Origin: a virus
Taxonomy: Duplodnaviria > Heunggongvirae > Uroviricota > Caudoviricetes
Direction: 5' to 3' (one strand)
Length of the DNA stretch: 8,405 nucleotides
IMG/VR virus record: IMGVR_UViG_3300015179_000040
The position numbers were made by a program, and so were the translations under genes. Every line of letters begins with the position of its first letter. Position 1 is the first letter of the stretch. Below, one piece after another: positions 1 to 6,814 of this stretch. Below the pieces are notes generated by a model that did no database searches, was not told where the DNA came from, and was given only the letters and a program-made list of their open reading frames with translations.

Positions 1-1131
1 TCAAATGACCAGTTTTTTCCACTCCTTACCGCGTACATCGTTGTAAATATCGGTCATTTTTTGATTCGAATGACCTAGCAAAATTTTGGTATCAACCCCC
101 TGCTCTCTGAACAATCGCTCTGATAAAGATCTCTGCTCATGGAAAGAGGGTGGGGTGCCATTAGCACGCCAGTTGTAATCCACAGAATCCCGGGCTTTTT
201 TAAATGCAACTGTTAATGTTGCTGGCTTAGCCATCCCGCCGCGCTTAGCTGTCCCTTTCGCGTGATGGTGGTGCAATAGCCACGGACTAAGAACACAATC
301 GCGGCAGGATGACACTACATCATCCAGGGTGAGATTTAATTTATCGCAACGCAGAGCCAGAGGGATGGCAATCCGGGTTCCTGTTTTTTGCTGTTCGACA
401 TGAAGATAACCATCCCGGATATCCGAAAATTGCATTTTGCAAATATCTGAAAGGCGCTGGCCTGTCATCAGTGCCAGCAGCATACCGCGCTGTAAAAAGT
501 AACCATCCTTTTCCGCTGCGTTATAAATCATCATCCACTCATCAAAAGTCAGTCGCTGTCTTGATATCCGCACCTGCGGTTTTTTTTCCTATTTTGCAGG
601 GTTAAAGCCTGGCGGGACATCGCCCGTTTGCTGAGCTTCCCGGAAAACATCGATCAGTACCTTCCTGAAAATTTGTCCCATTCTGTTATGTCCTCTGGCC
701 TTGTACTCTTCCAGTACTGATACCACATCTTTTACGGTTATGGCATCTAACGGTCTGGTGCCAAAACGTTCATCAAATACCCTGAGAGGGGCCGCTTTCT
801 GTTTCAGCGTGTTGAGTTTGATCTCGCCGTTTTCATATCTTTCCTGTTGAATTTTTCTGTAATTATTCAGAAAAATGGTAACGGTTGATGAACCGCCGGT
901 ATCACTAATAATTTTCTCCTGCAGACTGAGCATTTGTTCCATTTGCTGCCGGGCAAGACGGCTGTTCGCTTCTGCTGCAATAGTTTCTGCCAGTTTCTGG
1001 TCAATACTGCCGAGACCGTGATTTTTGCCTGTTATGGGATGCCTGTAACGCCAGTAAACTTTGTTATTTCTTTTGTCAAAATACGGAGATAATCCCGGAA
1101 CATTGGTTTTATATTTTCGCGGGCGCGCCAT
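1..1131 (-). pseudogene. int: Lambda-family tyrosine integrase, full-length reading frame (376 codons) interrupted by a single in-frame TAG at 589-591
   Basis: ORFs 589..1131 and 1..573 are in the same frame, separated only by TAG plus five sense codons (GAA AAA AAA CCG CAG) before a GTG. The N-terminal part resembles the lambda Int arm-binding/core-binding region (RNNKVYWRYRHPITGKNHGLG vs lambda RNNGYYCYRDPRTGKEFGLG). The C-terminal part carries the catalytic residues in lambda-like context (TGQRLSDI, VEQQKTG, FHEQRSL, LLGHSN, TDIYNDVRG, with Tyr nucleophile). Reading-frame stop TGA at 3..1. Identity from motif memory, no search run. Confidence 0.8.
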
Positions 1132-1357
1132 CTTCCAGTATCCTCTTCAAAGCAGGGTGATCTGTGGCGATCACCTCCGGCTTGTTTACCATTCCGACAA
1201 AGCGAGCTTGCGGATCCACTCGCCAGCGTCTTCCAACTTTTTTGGGGAGAGGAAATATCATTCCGGCTTTAGCGTATTTACTTAACGTACTCGGAGTTGG
1301 GACCGGTTCACTGAATTCCTCTTTTGCCCACTCAGTGAGCAGAATAAGTCTTGCCAT
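1109..1357 (-). CDS. xis: Excisionase (Xis-like DNA-binding protein)
   Basis: 82-aa ORF immediately upstream of int, overlapping the int start by 23 nt as in lambda xis-int. Sequence LTEWAKEEF...MIFPLPKKVGRRWRV resembles lambda Xis LTLQEWNA...RIFPPPVKDGREYLF. Weak Shine-Dalgarno. Confidence 0.7.
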   Translation of the reverse strand: MARLILLTEWAKEEFSEPVPTPSTLSKYAKAGMIFPLPKKVGRRWRVDPQARFVGMVNKPEVIATDHPALKRILEDGAPAKI

Positions 1358-1421
1358 GAGCGTCGTTCGCTAATCATGGTCGCCGCCACTATAGCTGGTG
1401 GGCAACGACCGGGGTTGAACA

Positions 1422-3896
1422 TTAAAAATCAGCCTGATTCGGGATCAGTTTTTGCCAGATAACTGAAACGTATTTTGCCTGGTAACGGGCGTCATCAAGT
1501 GCATTATGGCGCTCACCTTCGAATGGAATAGCCGTTCTGGCATCGAAGTCTATGGCTTTCCCCAGCTCAACGATTGTGCGTACATCGCGATCGTTGTAGT
1601 AACGCCACGGGCAGGGGATCCCCTGCCGTTCGTATGAACGGCGCAAAATCGTGTTGTCGAAGTTGGCTCCATTTCCCCAGACCTGAACAAAAAATTCACC
1701 GGAGTTTTCGTCGATAAATTCCCGCAATTGTAACAGTGCATCATCTAACGGGATTTCATCGGTCATAATGGCAGACTGCGCTTCACGTGATTGCTTCAGC
1801 CACCTTTTAATGACGTCACGATCAATGACTCCGCCAGCAGTTTCCAGATCGATAGTCTTACTAAATTCCGGTCCCATATCTCCGGTTTGCGGATCGAAAA
1901 ATATTGCACCTATTGAGATGATCGGGGCATCAGGATTTTTTCCCATGGTTTCAAGGTCGATCATTAGATGGTCACACGTCCTGCTGGTGGATGTGATTTC
2001 TTGATGACCGTTCACCTTAATTGAGTGATCTGCCGTCTCGCCAGTTTCATTATCGCTATCGTGATGCTGATTGCCGTCAGTGTTCTCCTTGTGTGGATGT
2101 TCAGCGCCTTCCATTTCCTCCGGATCATCTTCCTGAACTTCAACCTGATACTCTTCATCGAATGTTTCCTGGTATGTTGCGTCGCCCATCACCGCGCCAC
2201 AATCAGGGCAGTTGCCGCCGCCGGTCTGACCGCAGGCGGTGCAGACTTTTTCCACTTCCTGTTGCGCCACTGGTTCAGGCTGTTTCGTTTCTGGCTCGTT
2301 TTGTAACGCATTTGGGCTGTTTTGTTCCGCTTTCTGGCCGTTCTGTTCCGTTTCTTGCTGGTTCTGATTCACTGAATCGCGGGTTTCAATCCCCTTCACC
2401 CATTTCGGATCATTCGGGTCGCTAATCCCTGCAACAAATTCACCACGTGATACAGCAAGCAACTTATTGGCGTCAGGCTGGCTGATATTGGCTGCCTGCA
2501 TAATTTTGTTTACTTCGTCAGCGGTAACTTTTACCGGCTCTGGTTGTGCGATCGTGTCAGATGCACCAGTATTTTGTTGTGAACCTGAGTACGTGCCGTT
2601 TTTACGTGCGAAGTATTCCTCTTTTGTGATTTCCGTAGCTCCCAGGGCCAGTGCTTTTTCCAGACCAGAAAGTTTGTTTGCGCGACCGTATTTTTCGCCG
2701 TCCTTATCGGTGAAAAGGAAGTAGAACGGTCCCTCACGCTCTACAGATGGTTCGTCTTCCACTTCGCATTCGGTTTTTTCGTTGTCCGGCATTGCCGTTT
2801 CCACTGCATCAGTTTCTGGTACTGGTGACGGGAGAGTACCAGCTGTGCCCTGATTTGTTCCTTCGTCATCTTCAAACACGCCCTTGGTAGTCAGGTATTC
2901 AGTGATGTATTTGTTCAGTGCTACGGGATCTTTGTGAATGTCGATCGGACGCTCACGGACAAGGCCAAAAATAGTCTGACGGTCGTAGCGAACGGCATCG
3001 GGTTGTTTGCGCATTGATGCGGAAATGCGCTTCCAGTCTTCGCGATCTTTGTCGATAACTTCATTTTTTGCCCAGCGATGGATGCTGCCGTCAATGTTTC
3101 CGGTATCAATATCGCCAGGCCAGAGAGCGTAGGCCAGTTCTTCATCCAGCGTTTTCCATGTCTGCTTGTATTCGCGACAAATGGCGGCAGTGACTGGGTT
3201 GATTTTTCCTGCTGAGTTTTCAGTGTTCTGTTGATTGACTCTGGCGCTGGCGAGATCAACAACAGACGTGTATTTTCCAGTCTCTTTGCGCTCTGCGTCC
3301 TGCCGTTTTTTCCAGTTACGTAATTCAGCCTGAATTTCGGGCCATTTGGCACCCGGATTACATTTGTGTTTAACCCATCCGATAGCGAACAGTTTGCGTT
3401 CCGGATACATAGCGTTAATTTCAGGCGTTTTCATCAGTGCTTCAACGATATGCCCGTCAAAGGTAGCAACGTCTTCCTGCAGTAATTCCTGCGCGTCAAT
3501 CGCCATATCAACGGTGATGTTTTCACATGTACCGAACTTAACCAGGACCGCGTTCTGTACTTCAAGGGACAGCTTGTCAAAATTGACGTTCATCGGATCG
3601 GATTCTGGTTCGACCGGAATAAAGGAAGCGGATTCCTCATCCCAGCGGTTTTCCTGCATATATTCAGCATCCCAGGAATCGAGGGCAGGGCGGGGTATAC
3701 CGGGTTTATCCTCGCAGACAAGAAATTTATAAGCGCAGTCCTGAGCAGCCGGATAATGTTCCAGGAATTGCCAGTGAAATTTTGCGCGGGCGCGACGTTC
3801 ATCACCGGCTTCAATGGCAGTGGCTACAGCGACGGCACCTTCTTCCTTTATTGCCTGTTCGTCCGGAATGGCGGCGCAAATAAAGACTTTACTCAT
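1422..3896 (-). CDS. Large prophage exonuclease (824 aa): RecE-like N-terminal region, acidic linker with CxxC-x7-CxxC knuckle, C-terminal DnaQ-like DEDDh 3'-5' exonuclease domain
   Basis: Long uninterrupted ORF with SD (GAGGT) 9 nt upstream of the ATG. The C-terminus has the three DEDDh motifs (MIDLETMG; WGNGANFDN; HNALDDARYQAKY). The central motif LLAVSRGEFVAGISDPNDPKWVKGIETRD matches what I remember of the RecE (exonuclease VIII) N-terminal region. Position between ydfD-like and xis matches the ydfE slot of K-12 Qin. No search run. Confidence 0.8.
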   Translation of the reverse strand: MSKVFICAAIPDEQAIKEEGAVAVATAIEAGDERRARAKFHWQFLEHYPAAQDCAYKFLVCEDKPGIPRPALDSWDAEYMQENRWDEESASFIPVEPESDPMNVNFDKLSLEVQNAVLVKFGTCENITVDMAIDAQELLQEDVATFDGHIVEALMKTPEINAMYPERKLFAIGWVKHKCNPGAKWPEIQAELRNWKKRQDAERKETGKYTSVVDLASARVNQQNTENSAGKINPVTAAICREYKQTWKTLDEELAYALWPGDIDTGNIDGSIHRWAKNEVIDKDREDWKRISASMRKQPDAVRYDRQTIFGLVRERPIDIHKDPVALNKYITEYLTTKGVFEDDEGTNQGTAGTLPSPVPETDAVETAMPDNEKTECEVEDEPSVEREGPFYFLFTDKDGEKYGRANKLSGLEKALALGATEITKEEYFARKNGTYSGSQQNTGASDTIAQPEPVKVTADEVNKIMQAANISQPDANKLLAVSRGEFVAGISDPNDPKWVKGIETRDSVNQNQQETEQNGQKAEQNSPNALQNEPETKQPEPVAQQEVEKVCTACGQTGGGNCPDCGAVMGDATYQETFDEEYQVEVQEDDPEEMEGAEHPHKENTDGNQHHDSDNETGETADHSIKVNGHQEITSTSRTCDHLMIDLETMGKNPDAPIISIGAIFFDPQTGDMGPEFSKTIDLETAGGVIDRDVIKRWLKQSREAQSAIMTDEIPLDDALLQLREFIDENSGEFFVQVWGNGANFDNTILRRSYERQGIPCPWRYYNDRDVRTIVELGKAIDFDARTAIPFEGERHNALDDARYQAKYVSVIWQKLIPNQADF
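2277..2381 (-). repeat. Degenerate 21-bp (heptad) tandem repeats inside the exonuclease gene
   Basis: About 4-5 imperfect copies of a GTTYTGTTCCGYTTCTKGCYG-like unit. They encode Q/N/E-rich heptads NQQETEQ / NGQKAEQ / NSPNALQ / NEPETKQ / PEPVAQQ in the linker preceding the zinc knuckle. Confidence 0.45.
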
Positions 3897-3975
3897 TTTG
3901 TTTTACCTCATTACAGATTTAAGGGTGAACAAATCCCTGCCATTGCTGGCATATAAAAATGAAACTGGATATTAA

Positions 3976-4179
3976 TTACGGCGCTGTTTTTAATCCTGCC
4001 GGGATTTCGTTATTGTCCATGTGAATAACTTTATCGACCGGATAACAGTTGCCGGGAATTTTCTGTTCCGCTGCGGCAGCCATGCATTCTTTCATTGAGT
4101 TGTACATGCCGGTGATTGCATCAAGCGACTCACCAGTATTGAGATGTACAGTCAGAATGAGTACGAATAATGTGTTCAT
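3976..4179 (-). CDS. ydfD: YdfD-like small membrane protein (DUF1482-type; reported lysis protein in Qin)
   Basis: 67 aa from the ATG at 4179..4177 (MNTLFVLILTVHLNTGESLDAITGMYNSMKECMAAAAEQKIPGNCYPVDKV...). Hydrophobic N-terminus. Its ATG overlaps the dicB TGA stop (ATGA), indicating translational coupling. Sits in the same position relative to dicB as K-12 ydfD. The ORF track starts it at an upstream GTG (4185). Confidence 0.7.
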   Translation of the reverse strand: MNTLFVLILTVHLNTGESLDAITGMYNSMKECMAAAAEQKIPGNCYPVDKVIHMDNNEIPAGLKTAP

Positions 4180-4364
4180 CGCCACTCTCCGAAAATACCG
4201 AGTTTAAGAAGGGCAATTCTGGAGAGTATGGAATTGTCATTCAGCAGGTAGGGTTCATATTTTCTCATATTGATTGCATCCTCGGTGAAATCCCTGTTAC
4301 TGAGCAGAACACCAATATTAAAGCACCCGTCAGACGTATTAACGTTTGGTAGTGACGTTTCCAT
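4176..4364 (-). CDS. dicB: DicB-family cell division inhibitor (MinC-activating, FtsZ-ring inhibitor)
   Basis: 62-aa ORF METSLPNVNTSDGCFNIGVLLSNRDFTEDAINMRKYE... matches my memory of the E. coli DicB N-terminal signature (LPNVNTSEGCFEIGV...FTEDAIN.RK). SD GAGGA 8 nt upstream, overlapping the rha stop codon. Confidence 0.85.
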   Translation of the reverse strand: METSLPNVNTSDGCFNIGVLLSNRDFTEDAINMRKYEPYLLNDNSILSRIALLKLGIFGEWR

Positions 4365-4374
4365 TATCGCGTCC

Positions 4375-4932
4375 TCAACAATGAATTTTTAGCAATTGCT
4401 CCACAGTCATATTTTTAATTGCGCTCCGGTTTACAAGAGTCCATCCTTGTTTCTCCAGATAAAACCGGAAGGTATCCAGGGTGCAGACCATTGCGCCGTC
4501 AGGAACGGTTTCAGTGAATTTGATATTGCCGTGTTCGTCGAGACGGATAACCAGGGTGCGTCCGTCCCCGTGAATCATTTTGTCGGGAGACGGGGCGTTA
4601 TTCTGGCGCAGTTCTGCTTCCATGCGGTCGAACTCAGCAATGTATGCCTCTTTAAATGCAGCGGCTTTTTTGCCAGTGAAGCCCATCACCAGGAAAACGA
4701 AGCCGTTTTTGGTGATTTGGTACATTGGGAGTTTGCGCCCGGTTGAGTCGGTGTATTCGCTCGACACAAAATTGTGCTCAGTGAATTTTGCTGAACAGTC
4801 CAGATTGCGAATTTTATCCAACACTCGTTCGTGGCGTTTGCCAAAGAACTCGGCGATCGCAACAGACGTAGTGACAGCGCGACCATTTTCGATGGTTACG
4901 TCAGGGTGAGAAAGGGTAAGGATAGTAGCCAT
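4375..4932 (-). CDS. rha: Rha-family phage regulatory protein (Phage_pRha domain; antirepressor-like)
   Basis: Start chosen at the ATG 4932..4930 (MATILTLSHPDVTIENGRAVTTSVAIAEFFGKRHERVLDKIRNL...YQITKNGFVFLVMGFTGKKAAAFKEAYIAEFDRME), preceded by GGAGG at 8-nt spacing. These motifs are typical of the Rha family. The in-frame upstream extension to 5229 in the ORF track was rejected (see noticed_but_rejected). Confidence 0.75.
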   Translation of the reverse strand: MATILTLSHPDVTIENGRAVTTSVAIAEFFGKRHERVLDKIRNLDCSAKFTEHNFVSSEYTDSTGRKLPMYQITKNGFVFLVMGFTGKKAAAFKEAYIAEFDRMEAELRQNNAPSPDKMIHGDGRTLVIRLDEHGNIKFTETVPDGAMVCTLDTFRFYLEKQGWTLVNRSAIKNMTVEQLLKIHC

Positions 4933-5097
4933 GATGGCAGCCTCCGCGATGAATTTGATTAACTCACCACCGAGGTTTTCCACGACCATAAGGGTGGTGA
5001 GACGTACAGGGGTGGAAATACCGGTCATCACGGAACCCGGCCAGCCTTGCGGCTGCCCTGCACGCCCCACCATAATGCGAATGTGGCTGTGCTTAAC

Positions 5098-5128
5098 GCA
5101 TAAAAAAACCGCCTGAGCGCGGTTATGC
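5098..5128 (-). terminator. Rho-independent terminator upstream of rha, within the operon
   Basis: On the minus strand: GCAUAACCGC-GCUCAG-GCGGUUUUUUUAUGC. A short GC stem with 6-nt loop followed directly by a 7-U tract. The plus strand has no U tract after the stem. Confidence 0.5.
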
Positions 5129-5410
5129 GCCGTGAATGATTTCGGGTTTCCACGCCCGGCACCCGTTTTATGAGGTGCAGGTGCACTATAATTCCACCCG
5201 TTCTGGTTTTCAATAGCTACATTCAACATTTTCTCTACCTTTCATCACCGAAGTGAACTTTGTTGATGCGGTGCCTGGTGCCTCCAGGTGACGTTAACCA
5301 GTTAACAATTAACGTCGGATACAGAGCATTCCCGTTACGCCCGTAAAAGACCGCTTGTTTTAACTGTTCCGCGTGCGCTGAGCCGCATTCACCGCATCAC
5401 AAAATTCACT

Positions 5411-5472
5411 TTAAAAGGGGCGGGTATCATGGGAAAAACAAAACGGATACCCGCCAAAAGGTAATCAACATG
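5411..5472 (-). ncRNA. dicF: DicF-like small RNA (divergent homolog) ending in an intrinsic terminator
   Basis: Minus-strand sequence UGUUGAUUACCUUUUGGCGGGUAUCCGUUUUGUUUUUCCCAUGAUACCCGCCCCUUUUAA has a 10-bp stem GGCGGGUAUC/GAUACCCGCC followed by CCUUUU. It resembles, from memory, E. coli DicF (…UUUGGCGGUAUCAGUUUUACUCC…GCCGCCCUUUUU). Synteny fits: downstream of ydfC-like, upstream of dicB. Ends are approximate; not confirmed by a covariance model. Confidence 0.45.
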
Positions 5473-5795
5473 GGTTGTTGCAGCGGGGTTGTCACTCAGG
5501 CGTATGGTCAACCTGACAACCCGGTGGACATTTGCGAGGAACGGAGAACCCCCGCCATACTTACCGCCGCGCCATTTCGCGGAGTGCCACAACCGGAAGC
5601 GCACGGTCGACGAAAATTTAACGACAGGCTATCTATGAACCAGCAACCTCGCCGTGCGCTTTCGCGTTATGCTCTGACTTTTCAGAGAAATATCCTTTCA
5701 GTAAACTGTCAGTGCCGGATGCTCACCCGTGTCCGGCGCACACACTCCACCTCACCCGTGGAGAACTCCTTAATTACCAACCCTCAGGAGGGTGA

Positions 5796-6029
5796 ATGTT
5801 AAAATCAACGCTTATTGCTAAATGCCTTTATCAAAATCGCATGGTAAGCAGCATTTCAATAGGCGAGTCTGCAGTTAAAAGTATTTTCGAAGAGTACTTT
5901 CCCGGGCATGATTTTAATAAATGGAATACCAAATTACCGCCAGCAGTTTCAACGCGTATTCTGAAAGCAACTGAAAGAGCAAGTACAATTCGCGTTAACT
6001 ATTTCATTAAAGATTTGTGGGATCTTTGA
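5796..6029 (+). CDS. Hypothetical 77-aa protein, opposite strand to the operon, convergent with and overlapping the 3' end of the 135-aa ORF
   Basis: ORF with AGGAGG-type SD 4-5 nt before the ATG at 5796. Protein-like composition (MLKSTLIAKCLYQNRMVSSISIGESAVKSIFEEYFPGHDFNKWNTKLPP...). No homolog recognised. Could be a chance ORF in an AT-rich stretch. Confidence 0.3.
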   Translation: MLKSTLIAKCLYQNRMVSSISIGESAVKSIFEEYFPGHDFNKWNTKLPPAVSTRILKATERASTIRVNYFIKDLWDL

Positions 6030-6414
6030 TATCCACAGAGCCTAAAGTATGTGCATATGGATGTGCTGTTGTGCGCCCTCGCAGATTTGCATCATTTTCT
6101 AAATTCACTGAACGAAACAGGGCATCAACAAGGCTCTGTACAATGCAAAGGCAATCGAAGACTGTCGCCGTTTCTGTTTTGATTGATGAAAGAACATGGC
6201 CATTCACGCAAACAGAAATTACCCGTTTATTAACATCGCTTTCCTGCTTTTGATTATCAGAACCATATAGCCCTGAAAAAGCATTGCGCACATTACGAAC
6301 CATATTATCGATGGTTTCTTTTTTGGTGTATGCCGGGTCAATTTTCACCAGACTATCACCGAGTGTCGTTGCAGCAATTATCTGGATTTCTTTTGGTAAA
6401 TCTTTAAATTCCAT
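6007..6414 (-). CDS. Hypothetical 135-aa protein of unknown function, in operon orientation between ydfC-like and the dicF-like RNA
   Basis: ORF with SD GAGG 6 nt upstream of the ATG at 6414, starting 22 nt after the ydfC-like stop. AT-rich codon usage distinct from the neighbouring GC-rich stretch. No family recognised from memory. Confidence 0.65.
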   Translation of the reverse strand: MEFKDLPKEIQIIAATTLGDSLVKIDPAYTKKETIDNMVRNVRNAFSGLYGSDNQKQESDVNKRVISVCVNGHVLSSIKTETATVFDCLCIVQSLVDALFRSVNLENDANLRGRTTAHPYAHTLGSVDIKDPTNL

Positions 6415-6436
6415 TATTAGCCTCGTTGGTTAACCA

Positions 6437-6655
6437 TTAACGTGGGTATGTAATCATTCTGGCAATGCTTAATGCCGCTGCTTTTTCCAGATTGGTGATA
6501 TCCTGCTCCAGAGCGGACAGATTTTCAGCCTGCTTAGCCCTGGCTTCATTGGCCCATTTCAGGTCCTGCGCAGCCTTAATTTTCTGGTGCATCCACTCAT
6601 AAAGTTCATCATCGGTATAGTCTGGCGCGATGATGACGGGTTCTCGTTTCTGCAT
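6437..6655 (-). CDS. ydfC: YdfC-like small protein (DUF1317-type)
   Basis: 72-aa ORF MQKREPVIIAPDYTDDELYEWMHQKIKAAQDLKWANEARAKQAENLSALEQ... with SD GAGGAA 7 nt upstream. Matches my memory of Qin YdfC in length and sequence. Confidence 0.75.
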   Translation of the reverse strand: MQKREPVIIAPDYTDDELYEWMHQKIKAAQDLKWANEARAKQAENLSALEQDITNLEKAAALSIARMITYPR

Positions 6656-6684
6656 ACTGATTCCTCGCGGTGCTGCTTCGCTTA

Positions 6685-6813
6685 TCAGCCGTTAGATTTT
6701 GCCGGGCTGGAAAGCGCCTGTATAAACTCACTGAAGCTGAGAGTTTCTTCGCCTTTGGCAAGGCCTTCGAAGTATTCTTCGTAAGCCTTTTCCATGATTG
6801 TGTCGAAATCCAT
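6685..6813 (-). CDS. ydfB: YdfB-like small protein (42 aa)
   Basis: Hand translation (below the ORF-track length cut-off): MDFDTIMEKAYEEYFEGLAKGEETLSFSEFIQALSSPAKSNG. ATG 6813..6811 lies 1 nt after the ydfA-like TGA stop, SD AGGTG upstream. Length and position match Qin ydfB. Confidence 0.6.
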   Translation of the reverse strand: MDFDTIMEKAYEEYFEGLAKGEETLSFSEFIQALSSPAKSNG

Positions 6814-6814
6814 A

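Noticed and set aside
1061-1373. Plus-strand ORFs 1061..1285 and 1164..1373 overlapping int and xis
   Set aside because: They are antisense to the integrase/excisionase genes, which have clear family signatures, and have no SD or motifs.
1358-1421. Possible hairpin (GGTCG...CGACC) between the exonuclease stop and the xis start as a terminator
   Set aside because: The stem is imperfect and not followed by a U tract. Int/xis are expected to be co-transcribed with upstream genes or from their own promoter, so this was not called.
1550-3814. Multiple 60-143-aa ORFs on both strands inside the exonuclease gene (e.g. 1550..1744, 1768..2004, 2021..2425, 2025..2306, 2467..2724, 2531..2737, 2921..3352, 3346..3732, 3590..3814)
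   Set aside because: All lie within or antisense to the long, well-supported 824-aa ORF. Their translations are low-complexity or arginine/cysteine-rich with no recognisable motifs. Treated as shadow ORFs.
4396-4909. Plus-strand ORFs 4396..4746, 4580..4909 and minus 4686..4886 within the rha region
   Set aside because: They are antisense or alternative frames to the Rha-family gene and carry no motifs.
4933-5229. In-frame N-terminal extension giving a 284-aa Rha ORF (4375..5229) as in the ORF track
   Set aside because: The extension contains a canonical intrinsic terminator (stem plus U7) and has G/P/R-rich, non-protein-like composition. The internal ATG at 4932 has a strong GGAGG SD and matches the usual start of Rha-family proteins. 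A longer protein cannot be excluded without homolog alignment.
5389-5802. ORFs 5470..5802 (+, 110 aa) and 5389..5604 (-, 71 aa), and 5028..5213 (-) and 4931..5116 (+)
   Set aside because: They fall in the GC-rich structured stretch or across the sRNA and terminators. Their translations are arginine-rich and non-protein-like and no convincing SD was seen. More likely structured or untranslated RNA.
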